32,000 bases of DNA from contig NC_005070.1 in assembly GCF_000195975.1 (NCBI RefSeq), positions 360,001 through 392,000 on the forward strand. The letters run 5' to 3'. Position numbers and translations under genes: made by a program. The DNA is from Parasynechococcus marenigrum WH 8102 (GTDB taxonomy: Bacteria > Cyanobacteriota > Cyanobacteriia > PCC-6307 > Cyanobiaceae). The notes beneath the pieces are model-generated. The model was not told the origin of the DNA, made no database searches, and worked only from the letters and a program-made list of their open reading frames with translations. Position 1 is the stretch's first letter. Each line of letters starts with the position of its first letter. This document shows positions 16,372 through 23,689 of the stretch, piece by piece.

Positions 16372-16590
16372 TTGTTCGTAGCTGTTGCTACAAAGAAAAT
16401 ATAGGAGCTAACAGAAGCCCTGGGTCGTTCGTAGGGATACAAAGCACTGCAATGAGCGGTAGCTTCAGGCAAATTACCAGTCAAGAAGGCTAAGAAGCCA
16501 GCCTGTGCCAGCAGGCGGGCTGTGGCATTACCGACTTAACCAGCACGCCTTCTTCCTTCTAGCCATCGACCACAGGCGCAATCACTACCA

Positions 16591-16782
16591 ATGCCGAACG
16601 TCCTTGATCACGTCGCACAAACACCAGTCCTTGAAATAGACGTCTGGCCACGCTCAGCAACATACAAAGAATGGTTCGCCATCACCAGGCGCATCATTCA
16701 AGGCACCAGCGCTGACATGAACCTCGATCCCGCTGCGGAAGCAGAAGTGATCGAAGCCTCCATGGGTGCAGGGCTGCTGTGA
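16591..16782 (+). CDS. small conserved hypothetical protein (module gene 1, copy C)
   Basis: 63 aa, paralogue of 9915..10112 (see that entry). Confidence 0.6.
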   Translation: MPNVLDHVAQTPVLEIDVWPRSATYKEWFAITRRIIQGTSADMNLDPAAEAEVIEASMGAGLL

Positions 16783-17356
16783 GGGGCGCCACCATGAATG
16801 GCCGGGGTCAATCAATTGCACTGCAGACGATCTCAGGGATTTGTCCCGTTAAAAGTGCCGGACAACGACTACCCGACTAAGCCTTTGCCATGGCGAACGA
16901 TCGAGGTCACTTCGTTAGTGGTGTCATTCACCACCATGTACGTACACATCTTTGCCTTTGACTTGGTGCGGGCACAGATGTACGCCTTGAACTCTGTTTT
17001 GAAAGACATCTCCTTAACCCAACGATCGGGAGCTTCTTGCTGGAGGACGCAATACAAAAATCACTTTGCTTGGACCCTATAGGTAGCAACGGTTACTGGT
17101 CTGTAACCCTCGGTTTTGGATTGCACACAGTTCACGCCCGGACATGTCCGGGTGTCATCCGGATACAACTGCCTTTTCGCTTGGAAGCGTCGGGTATTGC
17201 ATTACCGGCCACCTCACCAGACAAAGTTTCAAGTCGCACCAAAGTCATCTGCGATCCTCTTCCGATCGCTACGTGATTTAAGTAAACCGTCACGCCAAAC
17301 AGCAAGGGCCCGCAGAGGCTTGAGAAGTCTCGTCAGCACGACTGTGGATACAGGAA

Positions 17357-17473
17357 TCATTGATCGTCGCTCCACAACCTGGACGCGGCAAAACGCCAAG
17401 CAACGATTGAACTTGCAGAAGCACCGAAAGCAAGAAATGCGATCAGCATCTGGGAAGTATTCATGGACAACAT
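17357..17473 (-). CDS. possible 38-aa hydrophobic peptide
   Basis: Hand-read: MLSMNTSQMLIAFLAFGASASSIVAWRFAASRLWSDDQ. It lies in the 825-bp stretch separating module genes 1 and 2 in copy C. Confidence 0.2.
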   Translation of the reverse strand: MLSMNTSQMLIAFLAFGASASSIVAWRFAASRLWSDDQ

Positions 17474-17576
17474 ACAACAGAAGTTTTTTTAGCTACTCAC
17501 TAACGACTGGCGCTGTTGTTACAAACTAGGAGCAGCAACCACTGGTTACGAAACTCCCGTGTCATCACCACTAAAT

Positions 17577-17593
17577 AGCTGACCCAATAAATC
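17577..17593 (+). repeat. conserved upstream element AGCTGACCCAATAAATC (copy C)
   Basis: Identical to 13879-13895. It lies 13 nt upstream of the ATG at 17607. Confidence 0.7.
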
Positions 17594-17606
17594 TCTTCTT
17601 AACACC

Positions 17607-17987
17607 ATGGCAATCACTACACGCCAATCACGCCAGCAACGTCGTAACGAGGCTCTACAGCTGATCAGCAGTGGTGTTCCGCCAACTGATGCTGCGTCTC
17701 AGCTGACTCTGAAGTTGGGGCGCAGCAGGCGAACGAGTCTGCCTGACATAGAAATTGTGCAGAGAGAAGTAGCGAAAGCCTTGGACACGGTTGAGCTGCA
17801 GCAGATGGTGGGGTGGCTGGCGAAGCAATATCAACGGCTAGCCGCGAAAGCTGAACGCGATGGTCAGTACGCCTCCGCTGTTGGTGCGCTGAACGCATTC
17901 CGAGCAATGGTTCTGCAGCCACAACTGGATGCGCAGTTTGCTGCTCACTTCCGTGGCCGGTTTACGCACCATTCCTACCGGCGGTGA
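17607..17987 (+). CDS. HTH-type DNA-binding protein, possibly terminase-small-subunit-like (module gene 2, copy C)
   Basis: 126 aa. It aligns with 10100..10489 over the full length (AAKAERDGQYASAVGALNAFRAMVL vs ARKAENTGQFSAAVGAITALNRMMAL). Confidence 0.6.
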   Translation: MAITTRQSRQQRRNEALQLISSGVPPTDAASQLTLKLGRSRRTSLPDIEIVQREVAKALDTVELQQMVGWLAKQYQRLAAKAERDGQYASAVGALNAFRAMVLQPQLDAQFAAHFRGRFTHHSYRR

Positions 17988-18019
17988 CATGGCAATCTTC
18001 GGGGCTTGCTCAATGCCCC

Positions 18020-18109
18020 ATGGATTACAAGGATTTTTGCCTCACCTGTCTGGTTACGTTGGCGGCCATCAACACGGTGCTGAATGTGCGCGCTCTTCGA
18101 AGACGCTGA
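18020..18109 (+). CDS. possible 29-aa hydrophobic peptide with basic tail
   Basis: Hand-read: MDYKDFCLTCLVTLAAINTVLNVRALRRR. It has no recognisable RBS and is speculative. Confidence 0.15.
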   Translation: MDYKDFCLTCLVTLAAINTVLNVRALRRR

Positions 18110-18281
18110 GCAGCGGCAAAGGAGCAAAGGCCAGTGTGTCAGTCCCACTCCGATCTCACAGGCAGGCTGAGTCGCAAGATTGCTGGACTCGATTCGGAGG
18201 CGACGATGCTTGTCTCGTCGCATCCCATTCCTATCTCAGTCGCCGGGACCCCAGGCCCAGCAGGGCCCGAGTCTCATCGGA

Positions 18282-18479
18282 TCAGCTGGATTGTCCTGCG
18301 TCACTGTCCTTATGTCGTTGCGCAGCACTACCTCCCATGAGTTCTGACAAGTTAGGCATCGGGTCTGGCTTGCCATCAGCGATGGCGCGAGCGCGGAGGT
18401 AAAACCAGCTCTCTGTGTCGCCCTTGGCCTCCATGCTTTCTGCGATGGTTTGCCAGTTGTTGATTTCCGCTTGGTCCAT
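18282..18479 (-). CDS. small conserved hypothetical protein (paralogue of 13069..13239)
   Basis: The start at the internal ATG (MDQAEINNW...) is chosen by alignment with the paralogue. The track ORF starts at 18536. Confidence 0.55.
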   Translation of the reverse strand: MDQAEINNWQTIAESMEAKGDTESWFYLRARAIADGKPDPMPNLSELMGGSAAQRHKDSDAGQSS

Positions 18480-18572
18480 AGAGGAGGAGTCTTTGAAAAG
18501 ATCCCCCTGGCTCTCACCCCCGGGGATCGCTGTCATCCGTCTTCTCGCAGCTCTGCAAGAGACGGCAGAAAG

Positions 18573-18710
18573 CTAGAAGTTCTTTTCTGGACCTGTCGGT
18601 TCGGAGGACCGACGCCAAGCCTTGTCCTTGCATTTCCTGCTGCAGAAGATCTTTGGCCGCCCAAGCTTTTTGGCCTCGAATGGCACGCCGCACTCATCGC
18701 ACGGCTTCAT
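18573..18710 (-). CDS. small zinc-ribbon protein (45 aa)
   Basis: Hand-read: MKPCDECGVPFEAKKLGRPKIFCSRKCKDKAWRRSSEPTGPEKNF. It has CxxC...CxxxC with a basic tail and sits between two same-strand ORFs. Confidence 0.45.
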   Translation of the reverse strand: MKPCDECGVPFEAKKLGRPKIFCSRKCKDKAWRRSSEPTGPEKNF

Positions 18711-18816
18711 GCCATTCACCAATTGCCGAGGCTATCGACACAAATGGCACCACTATCGACGTTGAAGCAACCTATGACCCTTGCATGGAACGCCCAAAGT
18801 TGTCGACGCCTAGTCT

Positions 18817-19059
18817 TCAGGAGTGACCTGCTTCTAGGACCAACACTTGAGCCATTCTCTTTTCCTCGGCAGTGAGAAAATCGGCCCACATGCCAATGAG
18901 GAAGCTGAGAGTCGCTAAGGCCTGTATCTGCTCTTTTGAGCCAGGGCGGGTGTATTTGAAGTCCATAAACATGCGGTCAGCGGCTGATCGCTGTTCTTGG
19001 CATCGGGCATCAATAGACATGGTCAGGCCTTGACTCAATTTTGGTTTGACTCTTGCCAT
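18817..19059 (-). CDS. hypothetical protein
   Basis: 80-aa ORF, first gene of a three-gene minus-strand string (18282-19059). Confidence 0.45.
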   Translation of the reverse strand: MARVKPKLSQGLTMSIDARCQEQRSAADRMFMDFKYTRPGSKEQIQALATLSFLIGMWADFLTAEEKRMAQVLVLEAGHS

Positions 19060-19178
19060 TACTTTACAAGTATTCGTTACATTAAGTAATGAACTTGGGG
19101 CAGGTGAGGAATTCCTGGCAAAAGTTGCAGCCCAAGCGGTTGCGGAGGCAGCATGATTATGTAGCTAGCGCTACCAAG

Positions 19179-19225
19179 CGTTCACCTCACTTTTCGAGGC
19201 GCAGCTCGATCCAAGCCATGGAACG
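19179..19225 (+). promoter_or_regulatory. conserved structured 5' leader, candidate glutamine-riboswitch-like element (copy 2)
   Basis: CGUUC (19179-19183) pairs with GAACG (19221-19225), and CCUC (19185-19188) with GAGG (19196-19199), around a 7-nt loop. Shared single-stranded CGCAG and GCCAUGG segments match copy 1. It lies 28 nt upstream of the ATG at 19254. Confidence 0.45.
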
Positions 19226-19253
19226 GGGGCTTGGGCTCTGCAGGAGCTGTGTG

Positions 19254-19430
19254 ATGACTTCTTTGTATTGGAACGGTTTAGCATTTGCACCAGTGAACAA
19301 GACCGCTGCAAAAAAAGAGGCAGTTATTCTGCGTCTTGAGACTGCCTTAATGGCGCCTGACGCCACCCCTTCTCTGAAATACCGCGGCATTAGCTATTTG
19401 CGGCAAAATGGGTTCGTTGCAACGCTCTGA
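19254..19430 (+). CDS. small YRG-motif protein (DUF4278-like)
   Basis: 58 aa from the internal ATG (MTSLYWNG...KYRGISYLRQNGFVATL). The 113-aa track ORF reads through the leader. The start is chosen by alignment with 15964..16116. Confidence 0.5.
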   Translation: MTSLYWNGLAFAPVNKTAAKKEAVILRLETALMAPDATPSLKYRGISYLRQNGFVATL

Positions 19431-19590
19431 TCGTTTCAACGGTCCATGTAGAAACGGCCTCGCGTTGGACTCCTAAAAATCTCTTGCGAATCAAGTGCTT
19501 CTTCCCCCGAGTTCAAGGCCTCAGGAGTCAAGCCAGTACTGACTCGATCCTTGCTAGGACCTCTTAACAAGACCTACGAACTTAAGAGAG

Positions 19591-19893
19591 GTGAGCACCA
19601 ACAAAAAACGTTTGCTTGGGTGGCTTATTGCTCCTTTGCTGATATCGGTCTCCTTGCCTATGGCCAGCTCTACAGCAGAGGCAGCAAGAGGCGGCCGCAT
19701 TGGAGGAAGCAGTTTTAGAAAATTCTCTAGGCCAAATTATGGAGGAGGGCTACGACGTGGAGGTGGTTATACAAGAAGTTACAGGAGAGGAAGATTTGGC
19801 TTTCCATTTATAATTCAAATTTTTGGATTCGGAGGTGGAGATAGTTTATTTAGCTTGCTTATCTTGATTGCATTTCTAGGTGGTTTTTTTTAA
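19591..19893 (+). CDS. Gly/Arg-rich signal-peptide protein resembling the N-terminal part of DUF1517 proteins
   Basis: 100 aa with a GTG start. It has a signal peptide, then ARGGRIGGSSFR...GFPFIIQIFGFGGGD plus a terminal TM. It ends where full-length family members would continue, so it may be truncated. Confidence 0.45.
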   Translation: MSTNKKRLLGWLIAPLLISVSLPMASSTAEAARGGRIGGSSFRKFSRPNYGGGLRRGGGYTRSYRRGRFGFPFIIQIFGFGGGDSLFSLLILIAFLGGFF

Positions 19894-20103
19894 ATGCAAG
19901 AAGATATTAAGTACTACATTAGTATGCTCACGCAGTATCCACAGCTGGTGAAGCTCGGTGTATTAACAGCTTTTGCGCTGCTGGGTCGTTGGTTGTTTTT
20001 CACTGGAAGCCAGCAAGCAATTGTGCTTGGCTGCTTGATCTACGTTGGAGTAGCTGTCTACTTGGCATTGTGTGTGGTGAGATATTTTGCAAAGCGCCGA
20101 TAG
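19894..20103 (+). CDS. small membrane protein (2 TM)
   Basis: 69-aa ORF whose ATG immediately follows the upstream TAA. Confidence 0.45.
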   Translation: MQEDIKYYISMLTQYPQLVKLGVLTAFALLGRWLFFTGSQQAIVLGCLIYVGVAVYLALCVVRYFAKRR

Positions 20104-20119
20104 TGGACTTGTACGGAAC

Positions 20120-20323
20120 TCAGATGAGGCAGTAAGCCCTCAACACCTGAACACGGATACCCCCAACCTTTTGCCATGATTCCAGTGCTTCCTTTTTTGA
20201 CTGAAAAGGCAGCCAGTCGTCTTCTTCTATGCGGCGTTTGATGTGAGCTGCGACTCTTTGCGCTACTACCGCGTCGCTTTTAAAGCGTACGCTTATAGTG
20301 CGGCCGTTAATTGTCAACTCCAT
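20120..20323 (-). CDS. hypothetical small protein
   Basis: 67-aa ORF. No family recognised. Confidence 0.35.
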   Translation of the reverse strand: MELTINGRTISVRFKSDAVVAQRVAAHIKRRIEEDDWLPFQSKKEALESWQKVGGIRVQVLRAYCLI

Positions 20324-20426
20324 AAGTGAATTAAGAGTGTCGTCTTTTAGGCGATGACAGCTGTTGTTGCTGCATCTGTCCTACCAGAAGATGGATAAAC
20401 TCAAGAGTTGGGTTGGGGTTGAGTGG

Positions 20427-20648
20427 CTATAACCCTCGAGCCTGACGAAAGGCCGTTGAGTAAGGGAAGAGAAATCCCGTCTCAAGGGCGCCTAACTCTT
20501 GCTCTGCCGAATAAAGGCTCCTTGTGAAGCGGCAATGGTTTTCACAGTCGCAAACCAAGAAATGGCCGTCTTCTGTCCTTTGGATGGTGGCACCATGAGG
20601 AGTCTCAACTATGAGGTCAGATTTAGCCATGCTGATGTAACGCGACAA
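20427..20648 (-). CDS. hypothetical small protein
   Basis: 73-aa ORF (alternative start MAKSDLIV at 20630). It contains CDCENHC. Confidence 0.35.
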   Translation of the reverse strand: MSRYISMAKSDLIVETPHGATIQRTEDGHFLVCDCENHCRFTRSLYSAEQELGALETGFLFPYSTAFRQARGL

Positions 20649-20878
20649 CCATGTAATGGCCCTGGTAGTACTTAGGTTGGCGTATCTGACAACACCGATC
20701 TAGAAATCAGCTCGCTCCCATACCCGCCTTAGGTGCATACGGTGCTGCTATTGCTGGCATGAACCTGATTTACTAAGCGGTGCTGTCACGCGAGCTGGAC
20801 AGTATTCACAGCAATCGGCATCGGGGATACGGCAACCGCCACGGCAACACACTGCGCTAAGGCGGTAGGGCGAGAGCC

Positions 20879-21073
20879 TTAGAAGCAGCCATCTGTATTT
20901 AAATCAGCGGTCACCTTCAACAGATCCTGTGAAGGGACAGGATCAGAGACGGCATCTCTGAGGCGCTCCTGTACACGAGCCTTCGCGCGGAACATGGCAT
21001 CGCATCTCAGGTAATCAACCGGAGTGGTGCAGGCGCTGAGCAGCAGCGGCAGGATCAGGACAAGTCGATTCAT
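20879..21073 (-). CDS. small lipoprotein
   Basis: 64 aa with signal peptide and lipobox MNRLVLILPLLLSAC. Confidence 0.55.
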   Translation of the reverse strand: MNRLVLILPLLLSACTTPVDYLRCDAMFRAKARVQERLRDAVSDPVPSQDLLKVTADLNTDGCF

Positions 21074-21339
21074 GCCATCAGTGTCGCGTCAACGGCGTTA
21101 AGCGCACCAGTGGCAGCTCTTACTCCATTGCCAGCTCTTATGGCATTGGTCAGCTCACCGCCTAGTACGGCGTCTGAGCTGATGGCGGTGGTTCAGGACG
21201 CAGGCTGGATGCTGACGCGAAGAAAGCTGAGCGCAACGGTTGGGGTTATCGCCGCGGCAATACACGGCGCTGACCGTCGTAATCACTGTTACGGCTATCT
21301 CCACCGTGGGGCTGAGGGGCGTCTCCTTAGGTTGTTGTC

Positions 21340-21612
21340 ATGTCTAATGAAGCCCCTTTCAAGGAAGACGACCCTGCCAAGGCTGGTGGTGAGGGGTGGC
21401 TGGTGAATGAACAGCAACAGAAAGTGGTGCAGTTCAAACCCGATGAGCCAACGGCCCATGGGCAGTGGGTGATTCTGCGGACGTTTCACTGGCGGCCGCC
21501 GGATTACCCAATCCCGCAAACGAGAAGGCGGATGCTTCGTCACAACGCCATCGAGGCATGGAACACCATGAAAAAGACGGGCTGGCGGCCATGCCACCCA
21601 CCCGTCCGCTGA
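21340..21612 (+). CDS. hypothetical protein
   Basis: 90-aa ORF with balanced composition. It is preferred over the overlapping Ser/Pro/Arg-rich 153-aa minus ORF. Confidence 0.45.
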   Translation: MSNEAPFKEDDPAKAGGEGWLVNEQQQKVVQFKPDEPTAHGQWVILRTFHWRPPDYPIPQTRRRMLRHNAIEAWNTMKKTGWRPCHPPVR

Positions 21613-21628
21613 CCTTACGCAAGGATCC

Positions 21629-22033
21629 TCAGAGCGAGTCGGTGAGTTCGATGCCGTCGTAGTCCATTTCGAATAATTCAACTTGTAACTTCTCCTCCCC
21701 TTTGCTGTTTTCGGCGATGTGGGGGAGCTGGAGCAATTCGGGCATGCACTTTTCAATGGTAATCAGAATGGCTTCTGTGACCTGTTCTTCCGCCCACGTT
21801 TGGATGCACTTTGGGTGGTCTTCTTTCCAACTGCATTCGCCGGGTTCGAAATAGTCCCCGACCAGCTTTTTCCATCTGGCGTCGGTTAGGTCAGCGGTGA
21901 CGACGAAGGTCGCCGTGAACCTGATTTCGGCTTTGCGTTTCATGGTTTCCGTAATGGAGATTGCGATGTGCCAGCTGCCAAGGACCTCCACTGTTTGGTG
22001 GCGGGTCACATCCCTGGTGGTGCAGTTGATCAC
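21629..22033 (-). CDS. hypothetical protein
   Basis: 134-aa ORF with balanced composition. No family recognised. Confidence 0.5.
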   Translation of the reverse strand: MINCTTRDVTRHQTVEVLGSWHIAISITETMKRKAEIRFTATFVVTADLTDARWKKLVGDYFEPGECSWKEDHPKCIQTWAEEQVTEAILITIEKCMPELLQLPHIAENSKGEEKLQVELFEMDYDGIELTDSL

Positions 22034-22169
22034 GTCGATTCCGCCACGCCGCCACGCTCCAGCTGGGGTGTGATCCCCAGAAGGTGTGGCGTTGTGGCAT
22101 TTACGTCGAAAGCCCTCTTGACGGCAGCGTTCTGATCCGCCACGAAGCCGTGGCAGAACGTGGCCGCCG

Positions 22170-22346
22170 TTACCGGCGCCAGGTCCAGGTCAGCGGGTTG
22201 GTCTTCACCAGCTCGCCCTCAGCGTTCGCGAGGAGGTTGGACACCGCCTCGCCAAAGCGCCGGGCCCTGGCGTTGGCCTTGATCCAACGGTTCAGGCCCT
22301 TGCCTCTAAAGCCGTTCCCAGTTGGAAAGAACAACAAGAAAACCAA
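22170..22346 (-). CDS. possible 3' gene fragment (58 codons, TTG start only)
   Basis: Hand-read: ...TGNGFRGKGLNRWIKANARARRFGEAVSNLLANAEGELVKTNPLTWTWRR. The frame opens exactly at the GC-to-AT composition break near 22350. Confidence 0.25.
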   Translation of the reverse strand: MVFLLFFPTGNGFRGKGLNRWIKANARARRFGEAVSNLLANAEGELVKTNPLTWTWRR

Positions 22347-22561
22347 TCAACCGCAGAAAAGGCTTGGCGATGTTTTTGCAGATCAATCACATGCTGTGAA
22401 CGGACTACAACAAATGGCAGAGTATGTAAGATATGACTTTCAAGGTGATTTTCATTCTTCCTCGGATATTGTCTGAATTTGCTAGGGGCTTTTGGCGGAT
22501 TCTCAAGTGTGCGTATTAGGTGGGGCATCGTTTCATGAGTCAGTTCTATGTTGATCAGAAT

Positions 22562-23689
22562 TTACGGGATTGAATTTTGCCAGCTCGCGGAGGTGGTTTT
22601 GTAATCAAGGGTGTAAGGTGGAGTCACATATGCAAATGTATGATCGTTGACAAAGGTAATGTCTTCCAAGTCTGCCGTCCTGCTGGTCGATTGATCAGAG
22701 AACTTACTTTGATGTTGTTCTAATATTTTTTCGAGCTCAGCATTGTATCGCCAAGGCCCAAATGTTGAGATCACAGTGTGCTTGTTCTTTGGGAGTGATC
22801 TGAAGTCAATTTCTTTTGTGGTTTCCAGTAAGTTTGCAAAAAAGATAGACGATGATGGGGAAATGAAAAATCCGTTGCATATTCGCGGTGAATTCCATCT
22901 GAACATCAGTGTAGTTGTGCTGTTGCTTCGCAGTAGCGCCTTGAGAAGATGTTTTGTGTATCTTTGTGGGTATAAGTCTGAGTCGAGCCATATGCAGTCA
23001 TTTTTTTGAGCATATGCAACCCGAAATACGTCTGCCTCTATTGCGTAGTGAAAAGCTGTGGTAAAAGAAATAACAAGCTCTGGGCAATGGTTTTTGATGT
23101 AAGTCAAGGCGCTATCTTTGTTGAATAGTTTGATTGGAGCGACCCCGATTGATGTGAATATATTGTTCCAGATTGATGTTATCGCTTGTATTTGCTCTGG
23201 AGGCTTGCCTTGGCTCCAGTATTGAAATGGTTGCCAGGCGCAAGTTTTTTGATTGCCGTCGTAATGATCTTGTTGTGGATCTACCACGTTGTGTGATCGG
23301 AGCCAATGCTCTCTTTTGAGGCTGGTTTTAATTGTGAAAAGTGTTTTCCATAAGCGGTAGTGTTCTGGATCGCTAGGTGGTTGGCACGATTCGGTGGCTG
23401 GCGTTTCCAAATATGAATGAAGCTGTCCAAGTGACAGTTTGTCCTGCGCTTGACGTAGATATCCAGACCAGTCATGTGGATGATGAGCCACTAAACGTTG
23501 TGCATAGTCCAATGCCCTGACATAGTCGCCAGACGCGCGGCAAATATCTGATGCGAGGCTTAGTAAATCGATCTGGTTTGGTTGTTTATCGAGCTCGTTT
23601 TGCAGATTTCTTAATGCTTCGTTGTATTTTTGATTTCTTAGCAAGGCTTTGGTGCTTTCGTTGATTTCTTTGATGCCAACCATGATCAA
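22562..23689 (-). CDS. TPR-repeat plus DXD-motif glycosyltransferase (Gly_transf_sug / OCH1-like)
   Basis: 375 aa. The N-terminal ~90 aa is TPR-like. The C-terminal part carries FQYWSQGKPPEQI, ADVFRVAYA and WLDSDLY (DxD). AT content is markedly higher than in the flanks. Confidence 0.78.
   Translation of the reverse strand: MIMVGIKEINESTKALLRNQKYNEALRNLQNELDKQPNQIDLLSLASDICRASGDYVRALDYAQRLVAHHPHDWSGYLRQAQDKLSLGQLHSYLETPATESCQPPSDPEHYRLWKTLFTIKTSLKREHWLRSHNVVDPQQDHYDGNQKTCAWQPFQYWSQGKPPEQIQAITSIWNNIFTSIGVAPIKLFNKDSALTYIKNHCPELVISFTTAFHYAIEADVFRVAYAQKNDCIWLDSDLYPQRYTKHLLKALLRSNSTTTLMFRWNSPRICNGFFISPSSSIFFANLLETTKEIDFRSLPKNKHTVISTFGPWRYNAELEKILEQHQSKFSDQSTSRTADLEDITFVNDHTFAYVTPPYTLDYKTTSASWQNSIP

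Noticed and set aside
15999-16493. 164-aa and 108-aa plus-strand ORFs and the 63-aa minus ORF 16293..16484.
   Set aside because: The plus-strand products are Arg/Ser/Cys-rich. The opposite strand encodes two YRG-type peptides with a terminator. The 63-aa minus ORF covers the conserved leader, whose two copies differ by non-triplet indels.
17929-18875. ORFs 17929..18402 (+157 aa), 17975..18223 (-), 18236..18517 (-), 18450..18875 (+141 aa).
   Set aside because: They have skewed composition and overlap the better-supported paralogue gene and zinc-ribbon ORF. No family was recognised.
20748-20852. Cys-rich reading frame on the minus strand (VCCRGGCRIPDADCCEYCPARVTAPLSKSGSCQQ, 8 Cys in 34 codons) that looked like a possible RiPP or microcin core.
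   Set aside because: There is no ATG (only GTG/CTG) and no leader peptide. The frame opens only after a TGA inside the upstream lipoprotein gene. No modification enzyme genes are nearby. TGC/CGT/GGC-rich DNA gives such frames by chance.
21110-21756. ORFs 21110..21406 (+98 aa), 21295..21756 (-153 aa), 21434..21622, 21465..21662.
   Set aside because: The 153-aa minus ORF is Ser/Pro/Arg-rich and fully overlaps the more protein-like 90-aa plus ORF. The others are short shadow frames. The choice remains uncertain.
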